From IMG/VR virus record IMGVR_UViG_3300025669_000001, positions 1-52,303 of that record: a DNA stretch of 52,303 nt; one strand, given 5' to 3'. Each line of letters begins with the position of its first letter. The first letter of the stretch is position 1. Below the pieces are notes generated by a model, which saw only the letters and a list, made by a program, of their open reading frames with translations, did no database searches and had not been told where the DNA came from. The position numbers and the translations under genes were made by a program. Below, piece after piece: positions 26,264-35,166 of the stretch. The stretch comes from a virus. Its lineage: Duplodnaviria; Caudoviricetes.

Positions 26264-27159
26264 TGAAACAGTTCGGCAACTTCTATTCAACAATAGAAAA
26301 CCGTAAGTTCAATACTTGGTGTAAATACACAACCAGGCTTGATACTTATGGTTGCGGTTGCCAACATGATTGTAGTTACTGCTATGCTAAAAGTCTATTA
26401 AATTTTAGGGGGCTGTGGGATTCGAGCAATCCTTCAGTCCCCAATATAGACCACGTTCACAGAACAATAAGAAAAATACCACGCCACAAAGTTATAAAGA
26501 TAGGCGGTATGACAGACCCTTTCCAGCCGTTAGAAAAAGAGCAGGGCATTACATACGAAACGATAAAACTATTCAACCGTTACAAGATAAATTATTTAAT
26601 AGTCACAAAGAGTTCGTTGGTTGCTGATGATAAGTATTTAGACATTTATGACAAAGAACTTGCACACTTCCAAATAACAATTACAAATACAGATGATTAT
26701 AAATGTCTGCTATACGAAAAAGCCTCAAAAGTATCTGATAGAATTAAGGCTATTGAGAAGTTGCACTCATTGGGATTCGATGTAAGTGTACGGCTAAGTC
26801 CGTTCATTTATGGCTTTATTGATTTCAAAGTATTGAATGATATTGACTGTGATAAAATCCTTGTTGAATATTTAAAGGTTAATCATTGGATTAAGAAATG
26901 GTTCAACATCGATTACGACAGCTACAGTTTAAAGTACGGCGGTTATTTACATTTACAGTTAAGTGACAAGAAAGAACAGCTTGAAAGTATTGATAATTTT
27001 GGTCAATTAAGCGTGGGTGAATATGTCAAAGACCACCATTCATATTTTAGCGAGAACGTTAATTACAATAGTGATGATTGTTGTAATCTTAGTTTTGTTA
27101 ATATGCGTAAACCTGAAGAACAAATAAATCTATTTAGCGAGGTTAATTATGAAAACTAA
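26263..27159 (+). CDS. Radical SAM protein, spore-photoproduct-lyase-like
   Basis: LDTYGCGCQHDCSYCYA (CxxxCxxC), GGMTDPFQPLE, IVTKS, VRLSP; TAATG coupling to the MTase. Confidence 0.85.
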   Translation: MKQFGNFYSTIENRKFNTWCKYTTRLDTYGCGCQHDCSYCYAKSLLNFRGLWDSSNPSVPNIDHVHRTIRKIPRHKVIKIGGMTDPFQPLEKEQGITYETIKLFNRYKINYLIVTKSSLVADDKYLDIYDKELAHFQITITNTDDYKCLLYEKASKVSDRIKAIEKLHSLGFDVSVRLSPFIYGFIDFKVLNDIDCDKILVEYLKVNHWIKKWFNIDYDSYSLKYGGYLHLQLSDKKEQLESIDNFGQLSVGEYVKDHHSYFSENVNYNSDDCCNLSFVNMRKPEEQINLFSEVNYEN

Positions 27160-27409
27160 AAAGGCTCAAATACTAGTAAGGTTCAAAGAAATAAACGATG
27201 TAGATTGCGGAGTCATAAAATACACTGGTTCAATCTTTAACGCCTACACTGAAATAGATAAGCAAGACGGTAAACATGCAGGCCAAACTCACAGAATAAG
27301 ACACATTGAAGAATCAATTTCAAAACGTGCAGTAAATGGATTGACTAAGGCAGTAGTGAGAAAACAGTTGATCGGGATAGAATGGCAATCAATACCAGAA
27401 AAGGAATAA
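27149..27409 (+). CDS. Hypothetical protein
   Basis: GAGG RBS. Confidence 0.6.
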   Translation: MKTKKAQILVRFKEINDVDCGVIKYTGSIFNAYTEIDKQDGKHAGQTHRIRHIEESISKRAVNGLTKAVVRKQLIGIEWQSIPEKE

Positions 27410-27412
27410 ACT

Positions 27413-27820
27413 ATGAACGTACATTTAATATCCGGTTTTGTCGGTCAAGACCCAGAAATAAGATACACCACTAAGGGGACGGCTTGTACTGCATTTAGTC
27501 TGGCCGAAACTAAGCACTGGAAAGACCCTGAAGGAAACAAGAAAGAAAAAACAATATGGGTTGATTGCAAAGCCTGGGGCAAAGTAGCTGAAATAATTGC
27601 AGAACATGTTAAGAAAGGTTCATACCTTGAATGTCAAGGACCCGTTGAAAAATCTACATGGGATAAAGCAGACGGTTCAAAGGGATATAGAACGGAAACG
27701 ATTGTTGAAAAGTTTAAATTTGGGCCGAAGCAAAAGAGAGAAGAAAGCGATGCTGCGGTTACGAATATTGAAACCGTTCCAGATGTTCCGGCTCCAAGTG
27801 ATGATGATTTACCGTTTTAA
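27413..27820 (+). CDS. ssb: Single-stranded DNA-binding protein
   Basis: GFVGQDPEIRYT..W..KGS; C-terminal DDDLPF. Confidence 0.95.
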   Translation: MNVHLISGFVGQDPEIRYTTKGTACTAFSLAETKHWKDPEGNKKEKTIWVDCKAWGKVAEIIAEHVKKGSYLECQGPVEKSTWDKADGSKGYRTETIVEKFKFGPKQKREESDAAVTNIETVPDVPAPSDDDLPF

Positions 27821-27835
27821 TTAAAGGGGTTAATT

Positions 27836-28033
27836 ATGGAATTAAATGAAGAGCAAAAAGCAATCATTGAACATACAATTAAGAATGACTATTACTGCGG
27901 AAGTAGTAAGGATATGCAGATTTTAGTTAAGGCGGGATTAATGCAATACGCAGGTCAGAAATCATTTGTACCTGATCCGTATTTTAAAGTAACAAGGAAA
28001 GGCCGTGAAGCTGTCAGTGAGATTGAATTATGA
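27836..28033 (+). CDS. Small hypothetical protein
   Basis: LVKAGLM..YFKVTRKG (winged-helix-like). Confidence 0.6.
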   Translation: MELNEEQKAIIEHTIKNDYYCGSSKDMQILVKAGLMQYAGQKSFVPDPYFKVTRKGREAVSEIEL

Positions 28034-28362
28034 TAGCTGAAATAGAAAACAATCAACTACACATAACGGCAACATCGAGAGAAGAGCATTCAATGATTAA
28101 TGCTTGGCAAGACTTCCACAGAATGTATGCGCCTATAGTTATTTTGGATAATGATATACTTTCAAGGGAAGCAATTGCTAGAATTTTCAAATCAAGGAAA
28201 CCAGTTGAACCACAAAAAGCAAGAATAGATTGCACCATACACCAAGACGGAACAACAGAGTTTCATGTGAATTATAAAGGCAAGGATGTATTCACAACCA
28301 AAGATGATAAAATGATAAAAATATTCCTAGATGGTTTACGTATTGGATTAGATAAGGAGTAG
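28030..28362 (+). CDS. Hypothetical protein
   Basis: ATGA overlap. Confidence 0.6.
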   Translation: MIAEIENNQLHITATSREEHSMINAWQDFHRMYAPIVILDNDILSREAIARIFKSRKPVEPQKARIDCTIHQDGTTEFHVNYKGKDVFTTKDDKMIKIFLDGLRIGLDKE

Positions 28363-28368
28363 ATAGAT

Positions 28369-28743
28369 ATGAAGAAAGAAATTGACGATTTAGGAACAAG
28401 AACGGGTGTTGCGGTCACGGTCCTCATGTGTGCAATACTATTTTCATTTTACATGATAGACAAAGATAGATTTGAAATTATAGTCGCCAATAAAAAGATA
28501 GAAGCATTACAAGCCATGTCTCACAATCACGAACTACCAGAGAAAGAAACAACCCTTGACGGTCATGTACTTTCTGAATACGTTCAATGCTCATCATGTG
28601 GATGTTTGGTTGTTGTTGATAGCGCAAGTGTTGAGAAGTCAATTAAGCAAAGACTCCATTTCCGTTGGGACGAAGAAAAAGGCGTGTGGAGTAAAGAGGA
28701 CTATATTCATAAATCATATTACTGTAAACGTTGCAAGGAATGA
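28369..28743 (+). CDS. Membrane-anchored Zn-ribbon protein
   Basis: N-terminal TM; CSSCG..YCKRC. Confidence 0.6.
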   Translation: MKKEIDDLGTRTGVAVTVLMCAILFSFYMIDKDRFEIIVANKKIEALQAMSHNHELPEKETTLDGHVLSEYVQCSSCGCLVVVDSASVEKSIKQRLHFRWDEEKGVWSKEDYIHKSYYCKRCKE

Positions 28744-28745
28744 AA

Positions 28746-29270
28746 ATGAGTAAAACAATACAAAAACCCAATGCCCTGCAAGTTGAAACAGTAAGTATTT
28801 CTGAAATCAAGCCATATATCGGGAATGCAAAACAGCATCCAGATTGGCATATAAGGCAGATAGCGTCATCCATTGAGGCGTTCGGATTTAACGATCCCAT
28901 TGCCATTGACGAGAACAATACAATTATCGAGGGTCACGGCAGGTTAATGGCTGCCGAAGTATTAAAACTTGAAACCATTCCTGTAATCAGATTAAGTCAT
29001 ATGAGCAAAGCACAAAAGCAGGCGTATATTATAGCTCATAATAAATTGACAATGAATACTGATTTCGATTCTGAAAAGTTAAGGGTTGAATTGAATGAGT
29101 TGAAAGGGATTGATTTTGATTTGACATTGACCGGGGTTGATTTAAGTGAATTTGAAACTCCTGATTTTTTTCCGGCAAGTGAAGAAGACCAAGGGAAGTT
29201 AGATCAATTGGAACCTAAATGGGTTGTATGCCCTGATTGTGGTAAGGAATTCGATGCAAGGGAAAGTTAA
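28746..29270 (+). CDS. ParB/Srx N-terminal-domain protein (modification-cluster type)
   Basis: IKPYIGNAKQH..SIEAFGFNDPIAID..IIEGHGRLMAA..IAHNKL; C-terminal CPDCG. Confidence 0.9.
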   Translation: MSKTIQKPNALQVETVSISEIKPYIGNAKQHPDWHIRQIASSIEAFGFNDPIAIDENNTIIEGHGRLMAAEVLKLETIPVIRLSHMSKAQKQAYIIAHNKLTMNTDFDSEKLRVELNELKGIDFDLTLTGVDLSEFETPDFFPASEEDQGKLDQLEPKWVVCPDCGKEFDARES

Positions 29271-29964
29271 TTTAAAAGTAGACTGGTGTAGTTATGAAGC
29301 CGCTAAATATGCTTGTTTGCATTGGCATTATTCAAAGTGTACGCCTCAATCTAAACAGGTGTGGATTGGCGTATGGGAGGACGATATTTTTATAGGTGTT
29401 GTGAGTTTTGGAAGATCATCAACTCCATATTTAGGAACGGCTTTTAATTTAGAAACAACGGAATGCGTAGAGTTAACAAGGATTGCATTAAACAAGCACA
29501 AAACGCAGGTGTCTAAGATAGTATCAATTTCATTTAAATTATTAAAAAAACAATCCCCAGGTATAAAATTGATAGTTTCTTTCGCCGATCCATTGCAAGG
29601 GCATTACGGTGGCATATATCAAGCCGGGAATTGGATATATATAGGAACTTCATCTTCAAATATTCAATACTTCTTTAGGAGTAAGTGGCGGAATGACTCT
29701 CCACTTATGCGTCACCTACAAAAGAATCCATTACAAAAAGATATATTGGAAAAAAGGAAAGTTCCGGGCAAACATAAATACTTAATGCCACTCAATAAGG
29801 AAATGAGAAAGCAAATTTTACTATTATCAAAACCATATCCGAAAGCAATTAAATGCCCCACAAGCATTGATAGTGATGCGACCAGCGACCAGCCGGGAGA
29901 AGGCGGTGTAAGTCCGACCGTGGGGCTCCATATAAAGACAGGGCAGGAAAAGATAGATGAGTAA
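29254..29964 (+). CDS. mom: Mom-like GNAT-fold DNA adenine modification enzyme
   Basis: WHYSK, GVVSFG, ELTRIAL, VSFADPLQGHYGGIYQAGNWIYIG, GKHKY, KPYPK; AAGGA RBS before ATG 29254. Confidence 0.85.
   Translation: MQGKVNLKVDWCSYEAAKYACLHWHYSKCTPQSKQVWIGVWEDDIFIGVVSFGRSSTPYLGTAFNLETTECVELTRIALNKHKTQVSKIVSISFKLLKKQSPGIKLIVSFADPLQGHYGGIYQAGNWIYIGTSSSNIQYFFRSKWRNDSPLMRHLQKNPLQKDILEKRKVPGKHKYLMPLNKEMRKQILLLSKPYPKAIKCPTSIDSDATSDQPGEGGVSPTVGLHIKTGQEKIDE
29855..29930 (+). tRNA. tRNA-Gly-like element (anticodon ACC), non-canonical, inside the mom-like CDS
   Basis: 76 nt; acceptor GCCCCAC/GTGGGGC plus T-CCA; D-stem GCAT/ATGC; anticodon arm ACCAG-CGACCAG-CCGGG (3/5 pairs); T-arm GGCGG-TGTAAGT-CCG(A)CC. 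Confidence 0.8.
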
Positions 29965-30427
29965 GAATACACCCAAAATAAACCAAACAGACCCACAAGC
30001 TAAGATCATTATTGATTGGGAAGAGTTTGAAAAGCTATGTGTAATACAAGCAACAGAGGTTGAAATAGCTGAATGGTTTGGGTGTACCGTGCAGACATTA
30101 AATGAGAAATGTAAAGAGTATTATTCTCTAACATTTCTTGAGGTCTTTAAAAAGAAATCTGCAAAAGGTAAATCTTCATTAAGGCGGGCGCAATTTGCAA
30201 CGGCTTTAGGGATTAAAGAAGACGGTAAGTTCACAATCAATCCCAATCCAACAATGCAGATATGGTTAGGCAAGCAACACCTTGGACAAAAGGATAGATC
30301 ACAGTTTTCAAATGATCCTGAACAGCCATTTAACCTGACCGCATTAGTGCGTGCTGGGGCTGAATGCAAGACGAAAGAAGAATTCGATAAAAAATATAAG
30401 AATAAGGGGAATAAAGAAAATGAGTAA
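29957..30427 (+). CDS. terS: Terminase small subunit
   Basis: IDWEEFEKLCVIQATEVEIAEWFGC..GKSSLRRAQF..NPTMQIWLGKQHLGQKD. Confidence 0.8.
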   Translation: MSKNTPKINQTDPQAKIIIDWEEFEKLCVIQATEVEIAEWFGCTVQTLNEKCKEYYSLTFLEVFKKKSAKGKSSLRRAQFATALGIKEDGKFTINPNPTMQIWLGKQHLGQKDRSQFSNDPEQPFNLTALVRAGAECKTKEEFDKKYKNKGNKENE

Positions 30428-30926
30428 AAAGCTATGTCTCAATATCGGAGCCGGTGAAAACACTTTCAAGCATTACCCTACAGATGAATACGATTGTGAG
30501 AACATAGATCAACGCAACCTACCAGGGATTGACTATATATGTACAGTTGGGAAGTTGAGTTGTTATAAACGCTTCAAGAGAAACCAGTATGATTATATTC
30601 TTGCATCTCATATTATAGAACACTTCAATATGGATAAAACCGAATACGTATTAAGGGAATGGTTCAGAGTTCTAAAGTCAGGCGGAACAATAGAATTCAG
30701 AATGCCGAACCTTAAACAAATCATGCGTGAATACCTTGAACATGGACATGCACACCTTGCGTCTAAGCTTCTTTACGGCGATCAGGACTACTCGGGTAAC
30801 TTTCACTATGTTGCATTTGATGAAAGCTGCTTCCTTAGAATCTTACGTGATTTAGATGTTGAATTAGAGGTTTTGCAAATCGAGAAAGAAGGGACTAATA
30901 TGGTAATTTTTGTGAGGAAATTGTAA
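30420..30926 (+). CDS. Class I SAM-dependent methyltransferase (type 11-like)
   Basis: LNIGAG..NID..YILASHIIEHF..EWFRVLKSGG..MPN. Confidence 0.85.
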   Translation: MSKKLCLNIGAGENTFKHYPTDEYDCENIDQRNLPGIDYICTVGKLSCYKRFKRNQYDYILASHIIEHFNMDKTEYVLREWFRVLKSGGTIEFRMPNLKQIMREYLEHGHAHLASKLLYGDQDYSGNFHYVAFDESCFLRILRDLDVELEVLQIEKEGTNMVIFVRKL

Positions 30927-31162
30927 TGAAGAAACCATTCATGCCAAGCGAAAGAACTTCGCAATCCATTGATTTAATCAAGAAAGCAACTGAAGCTGAA
31001 ACCACAGGTGACGTAATCAAAAAGGCGGTTGCAGTGTATCGTTATTTCATGGAAGCATTACAGGGCGGTGCAGTTGTTACCATCATTAAGGATGACCAAG
31101 TCAATGAGGTTGTTTTCGATAAGAAGTTAACAGTAACGGGAGTAGCGAATGACAAAAGCTGA
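30926..31162 (+). CDS. Small protein, possible ribbon-helix-helix
   Basis: ETTGDVIKKAVAVYRYF pattern. Confidence 0.5.
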   Translation: MKKPFMPSERTSQSIDLIKKATEAETTGDVIKKAVAVYRYFMEALQGGAVVTIIKDDQVNEVVFDKKLTVTGVANDKS

Positions 31163-31475
31163 AAAAGAAATCAAGATAGCGGAACTGAAGAAAGCTATTG
31201 AATCTCAAAGCGGTAAAATTAAATCTCTTGTCATCAAGAAAGAAGAACTTCAATTCGATTTAGCATGTCTGCTATGTTCATTTAGAGTCAAGGACAAAAT
31301 AGGCAACGGCAATGCAACTTACATTATTGATTCAATGTGCATGTACGATAAAGACAGAGTTGAATTAGTTGGCAGGCGTGTGCAGATGAATGATGTACCT
31401 GTCAAGAAATCGGAAATGATCTGGCAGTATTTGTCATATCCTGATAAGTTTACTTTGATTGAGAAGGGGAAATAA
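31149..31475 (+). CDS. Hypothetical protein
   Basis: GGGAG RBS. Confidence 0.6.
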   Translation: MTKAEKEIKIAELKKAIESQSGKIKSLVIKKEELQFDLACLLCSFRVKDKIGNGNATYIIDSMCMYDKDRVELVGRRVQMNDVPVKKSEMIWQYLSYPDKFTLIEKGK

Positions 31476-31642
31476 TGGAAGTAAAAGAATTAATTGAGAT
31501 GCTTGAAGATTACCCTGAAGATTCAAAAGTCTTTGTTTGGGATGGACTTGACGATTGCCCCACAAGCAAAGTACACATAAGCAAAGTAGAGGATTTGATG
31601 TCAACGGAAGACGGAATTCTGATAGCTGACGTAATGTTTTAA
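31475..31642 (+). CDS. Small hypothetical protein (not in ORF track)
   Basis: MEVKELIEMLEDYPEDSKV; TAATG coupling. Confidence 0.65.
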   Translation: MEVKELIEMLEDYPEDSKVFVWDGLDDCPTSKVHISKVEDLMSTEDGILIADVMF

Positions 31643-31657
31643 TAAGGAGAGAAAACA

Positions 31658-31849
31658 ATGATTTCAGTAACAATGAACGATGGAGAACATACACTACACA
31701 TAGATTATACAGATGAAACAATAGGCTTTACCGTTACTGGGCCAGAAAAGATGCAACTAGATTTCGGTTGCGATAAATCAGAGTGGATAGTTATAAATAA
31801 GTTTATTGATGCACAAATGAATCCACCCGCCCCCGCACATTTAAAGTAA
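31658..31849 (+). CDS. Hypothetical protein
   Basis: AAGGAG RBS. Confidence 0.6.
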   Translation: MISVTMNDGEHTLHIDYTDETIGFTVTGPEKMQLDFGCDKSEWIVINKFIDAQMNPPAPAHLK

Positions 31850-31872
31850 TACAGAATAAGGAACAACGTTCT

Positions 31873-33426
31873 TTGGAATGGGAAGATGTACAACTAGCAA
31901 AAGCACTAACAAGTGATTGGAATGTACTTGCATATGATGGGTTTGGAATAAGGCTTGACGATCAGCAACAGGAAGCCTTATATTTAATCCAACACAACAA
32001 GTATACAGAGATCCATTCAGGCCATGCGAGGGGCAAAGATTATTTAGCTGCTGCTGCTGGCCTATGCTTCCTTAATTGTTTCAGTCCTTCAAAGGTTATC
32101 TGTACAGGGCCGACTAAGTTCCAAGCTGTCAATATCAATATGGCTGAAGTGTCGAGCATTTATCGTAATTCCAAAATACCATTACCAGGAACACTTTTAG
32201 CAACCCGCCTTGATATGCCTGCCCTTGACGAATATGGGAATCTCACAGGCGAGAGAGAAACCAATCATTTCCTCACCGCATTTAAAGCAAATGACCATGC
32301 AATTGAAAACTGGACAGGCTTTCATTCCCCAAACACATTCGTAATAGCCACAGAGGCCTCAGGGCTTGACGATAGAGTGTTTAACGATGGCATAGAAGGG
32401 TTAATGACCGGAGAGAACCCTAAGTGTCTCCTAGTCCACAATCCGCACCATAGAAGCGGTGGAGCATACAAGGCATATCGCAGTAAGTTTTATGTATCAG
32501 TTGAATTATCATGTCTAGATGCGCCTAATGTATTAAGTAAAACCTATGGCATTAAAGGTCAGGTTGGTTGGGATTATGTTGCAGAGCGTGTCGAGCGTTG
32601 GTGTGATCCTGTAAAAGAAACTGAGATGTGCGAAGAGGAATACGATTTCACTTTCGAGCTTCCCGGTGTCGGTAATCATTGGAGACCTAACGATGATTTC
32701 CTTGTAAAGATTATGGGGAAATATCCCAGAGAAGATTCAGATCAAGTCATTCCTTCAGGTTGGTTAGATTTGGCACATGACCGATGGGATGAAGTAATGG
32801 AGGACTACGAACTCCACGAAGATGATGCGCATAGAACACCGTTAAAATTAGGCGTGGATGTTGCGGGTGGTGGAGTTGATAAAACGATTGCAACTTTCAG
32901 GCGTGGCAATGTCGTAGAGAAGATGGTTAACTGGCCTAAGCCTGCTGATATGAGATACATTCACCCCAACACTTTAGGTCACATAAAAAATAGCTTGACA
33001 GATTCACAAGATATAGGTTATATTGATGCGATAGGTGAAGGTGCAGGAGTTTTCCAGTTTGGCGTTGCGGACGGTCTTAATCTTGTCTGTGTCAAGGGAA
33101 GCGAGAGCGCAAAGGGTTTAACTTGTATGCATGAAGTGAAAACCTTTTTTAAGATGAGATCCTATTTGATTTGGGCGATTAGAGACGCCTTAGATCCTAA
33201 GATTGGGTACAACTTAGCACTACCAAGAAACGAAGAACTAGTTGAGGAACTAACATCATACAAGATCAAGAGACGTATGAGTGATGGTAGTATTTTGTTA
33301 GACCAAAGCGAGGATATAAAAGAGCGTATAGGAAGAAGCCCAGATTGGACTAGTTCATTGTCAATGACTTTCTTCCAAGATGCGAATACAGATCTATACA
33401 TGATAGGCGGAGGAAACAGAAAATGA
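31873..33426 (+). CDS. terL: Terminase large subunit
   Basis: SGHARGKD (Walker A variant), IATEASG (Walker B variant), HNP, LGVDVAGGGVD, IDAIGEGAG, RIGRSPD. Confidence 0.9.
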   Translation: MEWEDVQLAKALTSDWNVLAYDGFGIRLDDQQQEALYLIQHNKYTEIHSGHARGKDYLAAAAGLCFLNCFSPSKVICTGPTKFQAVNINMAEVSSIYRNSKIPLPGTLLATRLDMPALDEYGNLTGERETNHFLTAFKANDHAIENWTGFHSPNTFVIATEASGLDDRVFNDGIEGLMTGENPKCLLVHNPHHRSGGAYKAYRSKFYVSVELSCLDAPNVLSKTYGIKGQVGWDYVAERVERWCDPVKETEMCEEEYDFTFELPGVGNHWRPNDDFLVKIMGKYPREDSDQVIPSGWLDLAHDRWDEVMEDYELHEDDAHRTPLKLGVDVAGGGVDKTIATFRRGNVVEKMVNWPKPADMRYIHPNTLGHIKNSLTDSQDIGYIDAIGEGAGVFQFGVADGLNLVCVKGSESAKGLTCMHEVKTFFKMRSYLIWAIRDALDPKIGYNLALPRNEELVEELTSYKIKRRMSDGSILLDQSEDIKERIGRSPDWTSSLSMTFFQDANTDLYMIGGGNRK

Positions 33427-34772
33427 CAGGTACAATTTTAAGCAGAATGCGTGGAGTACCAGAACCTAAAGCAAAAGAAACCAACACAGCAAGAACCCAA
33501 AAGATTTCAGGACAGTCAAGGCATTCATTTCAATGTAGATTAGGCGAGGACATGAGCAAGCCTAAATACATGATTGATGTTAAGTATATTGACAAGATGA
33601 GAGCGTTACTTCCTTTCATGGATGTTATACCAAGTGCGTACAACCGACTGATAGGAAAGTTTAATTTTGAAAGCACTAATCCGCAAGTTGAAACATTCCT
33701 TAACGATCTGTACAAATCAATTCAGGTGAATGACTTTTCGCTTTCATGGCCTACATTTCAACAACAACTTGTTGACTCCTGCATTGCAAAAGGTTTCGGA
33801 GTTGGTGAAGGTGTTAGACTTGGAAAAAATGTAGCATGGGATTACCTGAAGAACATCAATGCGAACTGTATCGGATTGCACAACACTGAAGAACGGTATC
33901 ATCTTGGAATGGTTGACAATTTCAATCGGGTTGAAACATTCAAAGACATGGATCTGATATATTATTTAGCAACTGATTTAAGGGACGGTTATCCATTAGG
34001 GTATTCAATCTATCATGGTATGCCTTGGATGCTTTCGATTTTAGAACATCTATATCAGTCTATCAGCAACATGTCGTGGCGTACAGCAGATCCATCTTTT
34101 ATAATCTCAGTAACAGGCGGGAAACCTGAAGGATCAGGTGGCGACATAAACAAAATGATGAAAGCAACAAATACCGCCGCCAGTGCAATGAGAGATCAGA
34201 TAAAAGAGATTATGGAAACTAAACTTTATGGCGGTACTCGTGATGCGTTTGCCGGATTACCATATGGTGCAGAGTTAAAGATTGAAACGCTTGGAGCAGG
34301 TGGAGAGGAAATGGTCAAGGCTTTACAGTTCCCAATCGAAGAAATGATTAAGCCATGTATCGGTAAATCTGCATTACCTGATTGGCTATTCGGTTACAAC
34401 TATGGAAGGACTGAGGCGTTAAGCAATAATCAGATTATCATATTAACAGAGAACGTAAAAGCTTATCGTGATGGACTAGATCCAATCGTAGGTCGGTTCT
34501 TTGGTGATGCTTTGGTAATGGCTGGTTACATTGGTACTGATTGGTCTTTTAAGTGGGAACCCATCGGGTTACATGATAAACTTGATGAAGCACAAACGGA
34601 ACTGAGGAAAGCACAAGCCGAGAAAATCAGATGGGAAACTGCACTCTCTAAATTTGACATGGGCGTATTCAGTTTTGAACAACTTGAAATTGAATTAGGC
34701 GTGAAGTTCACAGCAGCCGAAATCCAGAAAATTCAAACTGGTTTAATCATGAAGAATGCGGGCTTGAAATAA
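33423..34772 (+). CDS. Portal protein
   Basis: 449 aa directly after terL; PLGYSIY and LPDWLFG patterns. Confidence 0.75.
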   Translation: MTGTILSRMRGVPEPKAKETNTARTQKISGQSRHSFQCRLGEDMSKPKYMIDVKYIDKMRALLPFMDVIPSAYNRLIGKFNFESTNPQVETFLNDLYKSIQVNDFSLSWPTFQQQLVDSCIAKGFGVGEGVRLGKNVAWDYLKNINANCIGLHNTEERYHLGMVDNFNRVETFKDMDLIYYLATDLRDGYPLGYSIYHGMPWMLSILEHLYQSISNMSWRTADPSFIISVTGGKPEGSGGDINKMMKATNTAASAMRDQIKEIMETKLYGGTRDAFAGLPYGAELKIETLGAGGEEMVKALQFPIEEMIKPCIGKSALPDWLFGYNYGRTEALSNNQIIILTENVKAYRDGLDPIVGRFFGDALVMAGYIGTDWSFKWEPIGLHDKLDEAQTELRKAQAEKIRWETALSKFDMGVFSFEQLEIELGVKFTAAEIQKIQTGLIMKNAGLK

Positions 34773-34775
34773 CGC

Positions 34776-34804
34776 TTGACATTCTTGTTAATAATTATTA
34801 TATT
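34776..34804 (+). promoter_or_regulatory. Sigma70-type promoter of insert 1
   Basis: TTGACA-17-TATATT; nearly identical to 36858. Confidence 0.75.
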
Positions 34805-34848
34805 GATAGGTAGATTGATAATTAATCATGAGATGAGGGATATTTAAG

Positions 34849-35166
34849 ATGGAAATATTAGAAAAATTGTTAACTCCGTGCGAAGCAGCTAAAATGTTGG
34901 GCTATCATGAAGAGTATATTCGAGCGATGTTTAGGGATGGCACCAGGTTGAAAGGATACAAAAAGGGACATGCGGTTTTTACGACCCCGGAAGACATAAA
35001 CATTTTCAAGAAAGCGAGAAAGGAAGTTTATAAAAGGAGAGGTGAAATGATGGACACCTCAGAGTACAAAGACGGCAACATAAAAACCCGCACGGCTCTT
35101 ATAGGTGGACTTTGGAAAAAGGTAATTGATGAAATTAGACAAGCCGAAGCAGAGGCTCTTTTGTAG
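34849..35166 (+). CDS. Excisionase-like HTH DNA-binding protein
   Basis: LLTPCEAAKMLGYHEEYIRAMFRDG.RLKGYK. Confidence 0.75.
   Translation: MEILEKLLTPCEAAKMLGYHEEYIRAMFRDGTRLKGYKKGHAVFTTPEDINIFKKARKEVYKRRGEMMDTSEYKDGNIKTRTALIGGLWKKVIDEIRQAEAEALL

Noticed and set aside
28746-29270. Plasmid-prophage partition system
   Set aside because: Only the ParB N-domain; no HTH and no ParA; context is DNA modification
34849-35166. Excisionase implying integration
   Set aside because: No integrase or att-like context found; more likely a generic HTH regulator
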